A stretch of 27,371 nt of DNA. It comes from Patescibacteria group bacterium (GTDB taxonomy: Bacteria > Patescibacteriota > Patescibacteriia > Patescibacteriales > UBA12465). The stretch covers positions 1 through 27,371 of the forward strand of contig JBBSAU010000001.1 in assembly GCA_038251925.1 (NCBI GenBank), in the 5' to 3' direction. The position numbers and the translations under genes are program-made. Positions within the stretch are counted from its first letter, which is position 1. Each line of letters opens with the position of its first letter. Below, in pieces: positions 7,715-16,483 of this stretch. The notes below the pieces were generated by a model. The model ran no database searches. It was not told the origin of the DNA and saw only the letters and a program-made list of their open reading frames with translations.

Positions 7715-8257
7715 ATGAAAAAGATCCAAACATTAGTCAAATTAAGCGCTATAATCCTTTTAGCGTTGCTTTATTCCTGTGAAAAAACGAAAATCGACAA
7801 ATTTCAGGAATTAAAAGTTGTGAACCTTCGGGAAAATAACCCATCCTCATCAATTAAAATAATTGATGTTACCTCGCAAATTATAGCCGTTAATTTTCCT
7901 GGACCGCCGGCCGTTACCTTCAATGATACGCTGGGATTAACTAAAGTTCTCTGTGAAAACGAAATAATTTACAGTTCCGACTGGAAAGTAGGTTATCAAA
8001 GCCAATTTCATTACAAAACTTCAATTTACGGAGCTAACAGTGAAACAATACAAATCGTTTTCGTCAGGGATGACATATTTTTTAACAAGCTGCTTCTAGT
8101 CCAAAATAATAAATTGTTAAAAACTATTGACTATTCGACCGTAACTATCAAAAAGGTAAAAATAGATGAAAGCGAAAGAGCCATTCGAATTACCGGTAAT
8201 AGCACCTGGATAAGGACTGGCCCCATTGAGGATGTCGAAACAAACATCAGTTACTAA
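7715..8257 (+). CDS. Hypothetical secreted protein, probable lipoprotein
   Basis: 180-aa ORF with its own promoter and terminator; MKK-hydrophobic-LLYSC(EK) signal peptide II-like N-terminus; no family recognised. Confidence 0.75.
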   Translation: MKKIQTLVKLSAIILLALLYSCEKTKIDKFQELKVVNLRENNPSSSIKIIDVTSQIIAVNFPGPPAVTFNDTLGLTKVLCENEIIYSSDWKVGYQSQFHYKTSIYGANSETIQIVFVRDDIFFNKLLLVQNNKLLKTIDYSTVTIKKVKIDESERAIRITGNSTWIRTGPIEDVETNISY

Positions 8258-8299
8258 ACATTAAAACAGCTCGCCGGGGATTTTACCTAAACTCAAATC

Positions 8300-8331
8300 A
8301 AAAAGGACTGCCTAAAAACAGTCCTCTTTTT
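8300..8331. terminator. Bidirectional intrinsic terminator between the convergent lipoprotein and ABC genes
   Basis: aaaaAGGACTG-cctaaaaa-CAGTCCTcttttt. Confidence 0.8.
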
Positions 8332-8359
8332 ATATCTTCAATTAAATTATGACTTTCGC

Positions 8360-10156
8360 TTAATCAACATCTCCCAACTCCTGAAGCTTGAGTAATTTAG
8401 CGTATAAACCACCCTTAACATGCGCTAATTGGGTATGGCTTCCCTCTTCGGCAACTTTACCATTTTCAAGCACGATAATTTTATCAGCTTTTTTAATTGT
8501 ACTTAAACGATGAGCAATAATAATCATCGTCCTTCCTTTACTAATTTTTTCCATCGCATCAGAAATAAGAACTTCACTTTGACTATCGAGATTTGAAGTT
8601 GCTTCATCAAAAATTAAAACTCGCGGATTAGCTAAAATAGCTCGAGCAATTCCAATTCGCTGTCTTTGTCCGCCGGACAATCGCACTCCACGCTCGCCCA
8701 CCTCCGTATCATAGCCCTTTTCTAATTTATTAATAAACTCCTCGGCATTAGCAATCCGCGCTGCCGCTTTAATTTCTTTCTGACTAGCACTTGGCTTAGC
8801 ATAAGAAATATTTTTGCTGATACTTAAATCAAAAATTTCAACCTCCTGCGGAACAATTGCTAAAAATTTTCTAAATGTAGCCACATCATAATCACGCAAG
8901 TTTTTATCATCAAGTAAAACACGCCCTTTCTGGGGATCATAATGACGATAGAGCAAACGGGCAATCGTTGTCTTGCCGCCGCCAGAGGGTCCAACAAGAG
9001 CGACCACGCAGCCTGGAGTAATTTTAAGATTTAGATTACTGATGGCCGGTTTTTTATTATCTCCATAATAGAAAGAAACATTTTCAAATTTAAATTCACC
9101 TCTAACAACTTTAGGTTTATAGGCGTTTTTTTTATTAACGATCGATGTTTCACTATTAAAGAGTTTAAGGAGGCGATTAACCCCTTCTCGGCCCTCTTCC
9201 ATGCGGTCATAAAAACGAGACAGGCGATAAAGCGACCCATAAGCCTTCTCACTCAGTGTAAAAGCAAATATTAAAGTACCAACGCCCATGACCCCTTTAT
9301 AAACTAAATATACTCCCAAAAATAAAACAACGGCTCGACCAATATCAACAATCATATTTCGACCGAGACCAACTTTCATCATCCAACCGAATTGTTTATT
9401 TTCATTATCACGAACATGAACTTTTATCTTATTAAACTCTTCTAGCTCACGTTTTTCCTGGACAAAAGATTGAACAGCATTAATATTCATTATCGATTGT
9501 CCCATTTTTCCTGAGGCCACTTCGTAATTCTTATAAATTTCTTTACGAATAGGATACATCTTCTTATTCGCCCAGTAGGTCGTAACCAAATAAAGTGGGG
9601 CAAAAAACAAGAAAGACAAGCCAATACGCCAGTCAGCCCAAAATAAGGCGACAAGGGTGAGGATTAATTGAACAAAAGTCGGCGCTAACTCCCAAAAAAT
9701 ATTATTTATAAACTGAGAAATTTTATCAACTCCGCGTTCGATTTTAATAATCTTCGCTCCCGTATTTTCTCTCTCGTGATAACCCAAATCAAGCGACACT
9801 AATTTTTCCTGAGCTTTAACTCCAAGGGAATATTCAATGTCGACCAGAAGCTTAAGAATTCGACGATCCGTAAAATAATCAAGTACGGAATGGACTTGAT
9901 TACTAACTAAATATAAAACAATAAATTGAATCAAGTAAACTAAATTCTCAAGCTTAAAACCATTCAAACCATCAATTAATAATTTTAAAATATAAGGACT
10001 GAGCAAATCTAAAAACGCCAAAATAACAATTAAGGTGCTAATTGAAGAAAAATATTTACGATAAGGATTTAAAAGAGACCAGAGTTCTTTCCAAAAACGA
10101 CTCCAAGTAATTATTTCTTTGACTTCCTCTTTAGTTGTCTTAGATTTTTTTCCCAT
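8360..10156 (-). CDS. ABC exporter, fused TMD-NBD half transporter (MsbA/MdlB-like fold)
   Basis: N-terminal TM helices; Walker A GPSGGGKTT, signature LSGGQRQ, Walker B LIFDEATS, H-loop IAHRL; start overlaps the murC end by 17 bp. Confidence 0.93.
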   Translation of the reverse strand: MGKKSKTTKEEVKEIITWSRFWKELWSLLNPYRKYFSSISTLIVILAFLDLLSPYILKLLIDGLNGFKLENLVYLIQFIVLYLVSNQVHSVLDYFTDRRILKLLVDIEYSLGVKAQEKLVSLDLGYHERENTGAKIIKIERGVDKISQFINNIFWELAPTFVQLILTLVALFWADWRIGLSFLFFAPLYLVTTYWANKKMYPIRKEIYKNYEVASGKMGQSIMNINAVQSFVQEKRELEEFNKIKVHVRDNENKQFGWMMKVGLGRNMIVDIGRAVVLFLGVYLVYKGVMGVGTLIFAFTLSEKAYGSLYRLSRFYDRMEEGREGVNRLLKLFNSETSIVNKKNAYKPKVVRGEFKFENVSFYYGDNKKPAISNLNLKITPGCVVALVGPSGGGKTTIARLLYRHYDPQKGRVLLDDKNLRDYDVATFRKFLAIVPQEVEIFDLSISKNISYAKPSASQKEIKAAARIANAEEFINKLEKGYDTEVGERGVRLSGGQRQRIGIARAILANPRVLIFDEATSNLDSQSEVLISDAMEKISKGRTMIIIAHRLSTIKKADKIIVLENGKVAEEGSHTQLAHVKGGLYAKLLKLQELGDVD

Positions 10157-11600
10157 TTTTTAAAAGTATGTCAGCAACTCGAAAAACATCACCAGCGCCC
10201 ATTAGAAGCAAAACGTCTTCTCTGTTTAATTTGGCTTGTAAATATTTAGCCGCTTCGGGAATTGTTTTAATATACTTAACAATCTGCGAATTTTTTTTAG
10301 TTTTGTTATATTTAATAATTGCCTTCATTAACTCGGCACTTGAAACTCCGCCTTTTGTTTCCCGAGCCGAACCATAGATATCAAGGATTATTAATTCGTC
10401 AGCTGACTCAAAACTTTTAACAAAGTCTTTAAATAAGGCCTTAGTGCGAGTAAAAGTGTGCGGATGAAAAACAGTTACAATATTTTTCTGACTATAGCGC
10501 AAACGTAAACCTTCGAGGGTTGTTTTAATTTCAGTTGGGTGATGAGCGTAATCATCAATTATTAGAGCTCCTCTATATTTTCCCAGAGACTGGGCGCGCC
10601 GTTCTGTCCCTTTAAAACCGGCTAAATGCTTCTTAATATCAATAATTGAGACATTAAGGGCACGTGACGAAGCAATAACAGCCAAGGCATTATAAACATT
10701 ATGCAGTCCCCAAAGGCTAATTTTAAAATCACCGAAATCATTGACCGAGAAAATTTGCTGACCGCCAGCAATTCTTAAATTATGCGCTAAATAATTAACA
10801 GTCGCGACTGTCTGCCCTTCAGGAGAAACATCATAAGTAATAATTTTTCCAGAACAATATTTTAGAATTTTTTTTGTTTCTCGGTCATTGTTATTAGCTA
10901 CAAGGATTCCGGCAGCCGGAATTTTTTTTATAAACTCGGCAAAAACCTTAGCGTAGCTGGCCTGATCTTTAAAAAAATCAGGGTGATCAAATTCGATGTT
11001 ATTTAAAATAACCATTTGCGGAAAGAAGTATTGCAATTTATTTTGATACTCATCAACTTCAGCCACAAAATATTTTGAAGCTCCAATTAGACTGCTACCC
11101 TTGAACTGCGGCACGCGCGAACCGACTAATACATTTACTTCTTTTTTTGCTTTGTTTAAAACATAGCCAAGCCAGGCGGAAGTAGTTGTTTTTCCATGAC
11201 TTCCACAGACCGCAATCCCGTAATAATCATTAAATAGGGCTCCCAGAGCTTCGGCGTAAAGTAAAACCGGAATATCTTTGAATATATTTTTATTACTCTT
11301 TAGATACGCTAGCTCAAGATTATTTTTTTCACTATAAGCAGAAGAATGGATAATTAAATCGAGCTTAGAGGGAATATTTTTCGGAGAAAATGGTGTTAGA
11401 ACTTTTATTTTGGCCTTCTTTAATACTTGATCAGTCATAAAAATATCGGTATTATCTGAGCCGATAACCGCATTCCCTTTGGCCGCCAAAAACTGCGCGA
11501 GCATTGTCATCCCAACGCCCTTAATGCCAATCATATAAATGATTTTCGAATTGCTTTTATTATTTTTAATATTTTTTTTATTTCCTTTCATAACTGGCAT
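10140..11600 (-). CDS. murC: UDP-N-acetylmuramate--L-alanine ligase
   Basis: IGIKGVGM, GSD, GSHGKTTT, EVDE, NIEFDHPD, GLHNVYNA, DDYAHHPTEI, FHPHTFTRT, MGAGD; alternative start at 11591. Confidence 0.95.
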   Translation of the reverse strand: MPVMKGNKKNIKNNKSNSKIIYMIGIKGVGMTMLAQFLAAKGNAVIGSDNTDIFMTDQVLKKAKIKVLTPFSPKNIPSKLDLIIHSSAYSEKNNLELAYLKSNKNIFKDIPVLLYAEALGALFNDYYGIAVCGSHGKTTTSAWLGYVLNKAKKEVNVLVGSRVPQFKGSSLIGASKYFVAEVDEYQNKLQYFFPQMVILNNIEFDHPDFFKDQASYAKVFAEFIKKIPAAGILVANNNDRETKKILKYCSGKIITYDVSPEGQTVATVNYLAHNLRIAGGQQIFSVNDFGDFKISLWGLHNVYNALAVIASSRALNVSIIDIKKHLAGFKGTERRAQSLGKYRGALIIDDYAHHPTEIKTTLEGLRLRYSQKNIVTVFHPHTFTRTKALFKDFVKSFESADELIILDIYGSARETKGGVSSAELMKAIIKYNKTKKNSQIVKYIKTIPEAAKYLQAKLNREDVLLLMGAGDVFRVADILLKNGKKI

Positions 11601-11612
11601 TAAATTTCAAAT

Positions 11613-12707
11613 TTATTTTAATATTTCCCAAATTATTGTCGCGATATTCTCAGCTGCGTCCGGTTTCATAAGCTTATTAATATTACGGCTCAAGGTCCCT
11701 CTTAATTTTGAATCATTTAATATACCGGTAATTTCCGCTAGTAACTTAGTGGCCGTTAAACCTGTCTGACTTAAAACAATACTAGCTGCTTTCATTTTAA
11801 AGATAGCGGCATTATCTTCCTGGTGAGAGCTAGGTATTGGAATTAGAATGGCTGCCTTCGCTAAGGCCGCCAGCTCTGTTAAAACACCGAAACCACAGCG
11901 AGAAATAACTAAATCAGCCGCTGCCATTAGCCCTAATACTTCAGTTTGACCAAGAAACTCAAAGGCCTGGTAACGTGGGTTATTAATTACTGTCGCCGAT
12001 TTTTTTCCCTGCCCAGTTAAATGAACAACTTGATAATTTGCGAGTAAATCATCTAAGCATTCAAAGACCAGATTATTAATCGCGATCGAGCCAGTACCGC
12101 CGCCAATTATTAAAATTAAAGGAATATCAAGAACAAGATTATAACGATTTCTAGTTTCAATTCCTTTGGATGAATAAATCGCCACATCTCTAAGTGGATT
12201 ACCGGTTAGAATTGATCTCGGTCCATAGTCAATTAAAGATTTTTCAAAAGTAACGGTAATCACTCGAGCAAAAGGTGCCATTAACTTATTGGCAAATCCC
12301 GCGCGAATATCTTGTTGATGTATCAAAATTGGAATGTGTCTGCAGGCGGCTGCCCAAATTAAGGGAACGCTCACAAAACCACCAGCGCTAATTACTAAAT
12401 CTGGTTTTTCACGTTTTATAATTGCGAGCGACTGCCAAAAGGCGACAATAATTTTAAAAATATCGAAAATATTTTGCAGAGAAAAATAACGACGCCACTT
12501 GCCGCTCAAAATACTTATAAATTTAATTTCCTTTTCTTTGAAGGCTCCGACCAAATCTCTAACCGGTCCTGTTTTAGTGCCAATAAAAATTAAATTCAAA
12601 TTTGAATCTTCTTTAATAAGTTGCGCGGCAATTGCCAGTAAGGGCGTGACTGGCCCACCGGAGCCACCACCGCTAAACATGATTGTTTTTACTTTATTAT
12701 TTTCCAT
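11613..12707 (-). CDS. murG: Lipid II GlcNAc transferase MurG (divergent motifs)
   Basis: GGGSGG loop, GKWRRY, GGFVSVP, TGNPLR, HQEDNA; between ftsW and murC. ATG 12707 preferred over the TTG at 12725. Confidence 0.92.
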   Translation of the reverse strand: MENNKVKTIMFSGGGSGGPVTPLLAIAAQLIKEDSNLNLIFIGTKTGPVRDLVGAFKEKEIKFISILSGKWRRYFSLQNIFDIFKIIVAFWQSLAIIKREKPDLVISAGGFVSVPLIWAAACRHIPILIHQQDIRAGFANKLMAPFARVITVTFEKSLIDYGPRSILTGNPLRDVAIYSSKGIETRNRYNLVLDIPLILIIGGGTGSIAINNLVFECLDDLLANYQVVHLTGQGKKSATVINNPRYQAFEFLGQTEVLGLMAAADLVISRCGFGVLTELAALAKAAILIPIPSSHQEDNAAIFKMKAASIVLSQTGLTATKLLAEITGILNDSKLRGTLSRNINKLMKPDAAENIATIIWEILK

Positions 12708-12729
12708 ATTTAAGACTGGTTTCAAATTT

Positions 12730-13884
12730 TTAAGCTCGACTTCGTCCTTGTTTAGTTTGTTTGCTGATATTAATTAATATCCCCATCGCAATCAGATTAG
12801 CTAGCATGGCTGAGCCGCCGGAGGAGATAAACGGTAGTGGCACGCCCGTCATCGGAATTAAATTAATCATTCCCCCGATATTTAAAAAAGTTTGCACAGC
12901 TAACCAAACGACAATTCCCACAGCTAAAGCGCTGCCATATAAATCAGGGGCTGCGCGGGCAATTAATAGTCCCCGATAGAATATAAATAAATAAAGTAAC
13001 ATTAAAAGAGTGCTAAAAACAAAACCAACCTCTTCGGCAATAATCGGAAAAATAGAATCACCCCAAACTTCTGGCAAATACATAAATTTCTGTCGGCTCT
13101 GACCGATTCCCCGGCCAAACCAGCCGCCTGAACCCACCGCAATCAAAGATTGGTTAACTTGATAACATTTATCCTGAGCACTATAACTTGGATCTTTTAA
13201 GCACTTAAATCGATCTGATTGATAGGATGTTTTTAGACTCAGCATCACAAGTAGAACTAAGCCAGCTAGAACGACGGCTATAAAAATATGACTAACTTTT
13301 CCGCCACCAGCAAAGAAGACTACCATGGCCGTAAAGGCGATAATAAATAAAGTGCCCAAGTCTGGCTGAGCTAACATTAAAATACTAATCACGCCTAAAA
13401 TCGCTAAAAAGGGGAAAATTCCGCTAGAAAAGCTATTTAACTCACCCTTTTTTGCCTCAAGCCAGGTAGCTAAATAAATTAAAAAAGATAATTTAACTAG
13501 CTCTGAGGGTTGCAAGGAAAAACCACCAATATTAATCCAACTTCGCGCTGTGCCATACTCCGAGCGCAGGCCAGGTATAAAAACTAATAGTAATAAAATA
13601 ATTGATGAAAATAAGAAAAAAACGGCAAACTTCTTTAAACTGCGATAATCAATTTTAGTCACAAGCCAAAATATCCCGAGTGATAGTATCACCCAAATAA
13701 ATTGTCTTAAAAAATAATGATAAGTATTCCCGTAGCGAGAAAAGGAAACAACCGATGAAGCACTAAAAAGCATGAGCAAACCAAAAATAAGCAAAGCCAT
13801 AATGGCTGTGAGCAAACTTTTGTCAGGTTCATGAGAACTCGAGCGGGGGGAAAACATTTTTTTTCGAAGACGACTAAAAGCCAT
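12730..13884 (-). CDS. ftsW: SEDS-family peptidoglycan glycosyltransferase FtsW
   Basis: GLLMLFSAS, ARSWI, QPSELVKL, QPDLGT, YQVNQSLIAVGSGG, DSIFPIIAEE, PMTGVPLPFISSGGS; directly upstream of murG. Confidence 0.93.
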   Translation of the reverse strand: MAFSRLRKKMFSPRSSSHEPDKSLLTAIMALLIFGLLMLFSASSVVSFSRYGNTYHYFLRQFIWVILSLGIFWLVTKIDYRSLKKFAVFFLFSSIILLLLVFIPGLRSEYGTARSWINIGGFSLQPSELVKLSFLIYLATWLEAKKGELNSFSSGIFPFLAILGVISILMLAQPDLGTLFIIAFTAMVVFFAGGGKVSHIFIAVVLAGLVLLVMLSLKTSYQSDRFKCLKDPSYSAQDKCYQVNQSLIAVGSGGWFGRGIGQSRQKFMYLPEVWGDSIFPIIAEEVGFVFSTLLMLLYLFIFYRGLLIARAAPDLYGSALAVGIVVWLAVQTFLNIGGMINLIPMTGVPLPFISSGGSAMLANLIAMGILINISKQTKQGRSRA

Positions 13885-13900
13885 AAAAAAAATTATTCTC

Positions 13901-14950
13901 TTAGAATTTTTTATCTAAAAGAAAAATCATTAACCCAATAACTGCACCCATGCCAGCGACCACCCAAAAACGCATGACAACCTTAGATTCAGGCCAACCG
14001 AGAGCTTGATAATGGTGATGAATCGGGGCTGATAAAAAAATCTTTTTTCCGCGTATCCTTTTTGAAAGCACCTGAATGATAACAGATAAAGATTCAACAA
14101 TAAAAACAACGCCAATAAATAAAAGAAGGAGCGCGCTATTAGTTAACATGGCAATGATTCCCAGGGTCACGCCCAAACTCATGGCTCCGGTATCACCCAT
14201 ATAAAAACGGGCCGGAGGGATGTTAAACCATAAAAAGGCCGATAAAGCGCCAATAATTGCTCCACAAAAGGTTGCTAAATCATAACGGCCCATTGAAAAG
14301 GCTATCACCCCATAAGCAACAAAAGCGACTAGAAGGGTGCCTCCAGCTAAGCCATCTAAGCCGTCTGTTTCATTAACTGAAAAAGAAGTAGCGACAATTA
14401 CAAAAATAAAAATCGGAATATACCAAGCGCCAATTTCAAAATTACCTAAAAAAGGAACGTGAAAAACTGTCCAATCTAATTTAAAATAAAACCACAAAGC
14501 GCCCACAATCGCTATTAAAGTATAGATCAAGATACGGTGACGTAATTTTAAGCCGCCTCCGCCTAGTACCCCTTTATTTCTAACATCGAGCCAGTCATCA
14601 AATAATCCAATTAAAGCCGTTATAACCAAGGCCCCTAAGGGTAGTAATGTTTCAGCACGTGTTAGAAAATTTAAATGACTTATAACTCCATCTGGAAAAA
14701 AATTGGCCAAAGCCGAAAAAACCAAAATTAAAATTAAGACAGTGCCCCAAATTAAAACACCGCCCATTGTCGGTGTCCCCGCCTTATGGGCATGCATTTC
14801 GCTAAAAATTGGCGTCGCGCCGTTATTTCGAATTTTTTTGCCTAATTTATATTTATATAAATAATGAGAAATTAATGGCGTCGCAAAAACGGCAAAAATA
14901 AAGGCAATAACCGCAAAAAATAAAACTTTTATTAAATAAAATTCCATCAT
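13901..14950 (-). CDS. mraY: Phospho-N-acetylmuramoyl-pentapeptide transferase
   Basis: KAGTPTMGG, GLFDD, NETDGLDGL, FYMGDTG, ESLSVIIQV, APIHHHY. Confidence 0.96.
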   Translation of the reverse strand: MMEFYLIKVLFFAVIAFIFAVFATPLISHYLYKYKLGKKIRNNGATPIFSEMHAHKAGTPTMGGVLIWGTVLILILVFSALANFFPDGVISHLNFLTRAETLLPLGALVITALIGLFDDWLDVRNKGVLGGGGLKLRHRILIYTLIAIVGALWFYFKLDWTVFHVPFLGNFEIGAWYIPIFIFVIVATSFSVNETDGLDGLAGGTLLVAFVAYGVIAFSMGRYDLATFCGAIIGALSAFLWFNIPPARFYMGDTGAMSLGVTLGIIAMLTNSALLLLFIGVVFIVESLSVIIQVLSKRIRGKKIFLSAPIHHHYQALGWPESKVVMRFWVVAGMGAVIGLMIFLLDKKF

Positions 14951-14956
14951 AAAAAA

Positions 14957-15370
14957 TTAGCGAAAATTGATTAGGTAAACGGCGAGCAGCGCCGTGCTTA
15001 AGAATAAGCCAAAAAGAGCGGCCGCACCGAGTAAAAAATGGGCCATGATTTTAAAATTTTTATCTTTATGCAAAATAGCTAAAATAATTATATTAACAAA
15101 AAAAACAGCTAGTCCCATTAAGGGGTAGAAATAAATTTGCCTAGGACTACCCACCATGTCGATACCAAAGTCGACGTTATAGTGCAAAACTAAAATATCG
15201 GTAGTTAATTTGCTGCGGATAAGCCAAGCCTGAATCCAGGCAATGATTTGCCAAATGATAACCAACGCGATATATAAATAGCTGGGTCGAAAACGAAAAA
15301 TAGCCGTTATAGACAACTTAACTCGATCGAGATAAGCGAAAAAACGTGCATAAAAATTAGAATAAGCCAT
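14957..15370 (-). CDS. Hypothetical membrane protein with about 3 TM segments (loosely DUF1648-like loop)
   Basis: Three hydrophobic stretches with an LHYNVDFGIDMVG loop; 6 nt upstream of mraY. Confidence 0.75.
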   Translation of the reverse strand: MAYSNFYARFFAYLDRVKLSITAIFRFRPSYLYIALVIIWQIIAWIQAWLIRSKLTTDILVLHYNVDFGIDMVGSPRQIYFYPLMGLAVFFVNIIILAILHKDKNFKIMAHFLLGAAALFGLFLSTALLAVYLINFR

Positions 15371-15376
15371 AAATTT

Positions 15377-15385
15377 ATTATAACA
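15377..15385 (-). promoter_or_regulatory. Extended -10 promoter with leaderless spacing for the membrane protein-mraY-ftsW-murG-murC-ABC operon
   Basis: TGTTATAAT then 6 nt (aaattt) then ATG 15370. Confidence 0.7.
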
Positions 15386-15451
15386 ATATTTCCCTAATTA
15401 ATCGGGTTAACATAAATATTTTAACACATTTTAAAATAATATAGAATAAGC

Positions 15452-15457
15452 TATAAT
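15452..15457 (+). promoter_or_regulatory. -10 box for the PilB-like/glycosyltransferase operon
   Basis: TATAAT 20 nt upstream of ATG 15478; no clear -35. Confidence 0.5.
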
Positions 15458-15477
15458 AAAGGTGTAATAATAGTAAT

Positions 15478-16476
15478 ATGAGTAAAAAAATCATTTCGAA
15501 CATCTTTAATTATGCCGCCCATGAAGGAGCTAAGAGTTTTATGATAGAAGCAGCTCCAGATAAGCTTGACCTACACTATCATTTTAGCGGCGACGAGGAC
15601 CGCTCTTTTGGTTTACCGAAGAAACTTGAGAAAGATTTAAGCAAGGCCCTGCGTCAAGTTCTAAAACTAGCCCCCGATGAACTTGTCACAGAAAAATATT
15701 GCAAAATTGAAGATAAAAACTTTCAGGTAACTTTTTACCTCACAATCGTCCCTGCTTCTAGCGGCGAAAAAATTGTTATTAATATTATCCCGAAAGATCC
15801 CCGCCTCCTAAGCTTAAAGCAACTAGGACTCCAAAAAAAGAATTTAAAAACTTTAGAGAAAATAAAAAGTTTTCGTTCAGGACTAGTTTTAATTAGTTCA
15901 CCTGATGGTCAGGGTAAAAGCACTACGTTAAACTCAATCTTACAAAAATTAAATAATCCGGACAAAAGTATATATTTTCTGGGCTCTAGTCTTGAGCTTC
16001 CTTTCGAAGGCATTAGTTATTTAAAGTCAAACAAAAATAATTGGGCCAAAGTAATTAAACTTGACTCAGAAATTATAATTTGTGAAATTGAATCAGAAGA
16101 AGATTTTAAAAATGCTGCTTACGCCGCCTCAACTGGCAGACTAGTTATCGCGACGATAGGCGCTAATTCCGTCTGGGAAGCTCTCCTGGCATATCTAAAA
16201 TTGAAATTACCCCTGAAATTAAAGCTTGATAGTCTTAAACTAATACTTAATCAACGCCTAGTAAACCTTAAATCCAGCAAAAGAAAAGCAATTGGTCTTT
16301 TTGAAATTCTCGAACTAAGACCAAGCCTAAAAAAATATTTGCTTGATTCTGAATTTGATAAGACAAAGAAAAATTTTTGGGAAAATCTTGGGCGCTTAGC
16401 AATTAAAGACGGCTACGAGCCTCTAAGTTTTGACCAGCAAAAGAAGATTAAAGATGGACTAATAAACGCATCTTAA
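15478..16476 (+). CDS. PilB/GspE (T2SS/T4P secretion ATPase)-like protein, degenerate
   Basis: GEKIV, LKQLGL, GLVLISSPDGQGKSTT P-loop, AASTGRLV, LNQRLV, IGLFEIL follow PilB motif order; many catalytic motifs altered. Confidence 0.8.
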   Translation: MSKKIISNIFNYAAHEGAKSFMIEAAPDKLDLHYHFSGDEDRSFGLPKKLEKDLSKALRQVLKLAPDELVTEKYCKIEDKNFQVTFYLTIVPASSGEKIVINIIPKDPRLLSLKQLGLQKKNLKTLEKIKSFRSGLVLISSPDGQGKSTTLNSILQKLNNPDKSIYFLGSSLELPFEGISYLKSNKNNWAKVIKLDSEIIICEIESEEDFKNAAYAASTGRLVIATIGANSVWEALLAYLKLKLPLKLKLDSLKLILNQRLVNLKSSKRKAIGLFEILELRPSLKKYLLDSEFDKTKKNFWENLGRLAIKDGYEPLSFDQQKKIKDGLINAS

Positions 16477-16483
16477 TAGAATT

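Noticed and set aside
10140-10160. Possible MurC-ABC fusion by slippage on GGG-A7
   Set aside because: It needs a +1 shift, A7 is short for transcriptional slippage, and the ABC gene has its own ATG; an ordinary overlap explains it
15478-16476. Calling the PilB-like gene a pseudogene
   Set aside because: The frame is intact over 332 codons with a retained P-loop, promoter and tight operon spacing; kept as a degenerate CDS
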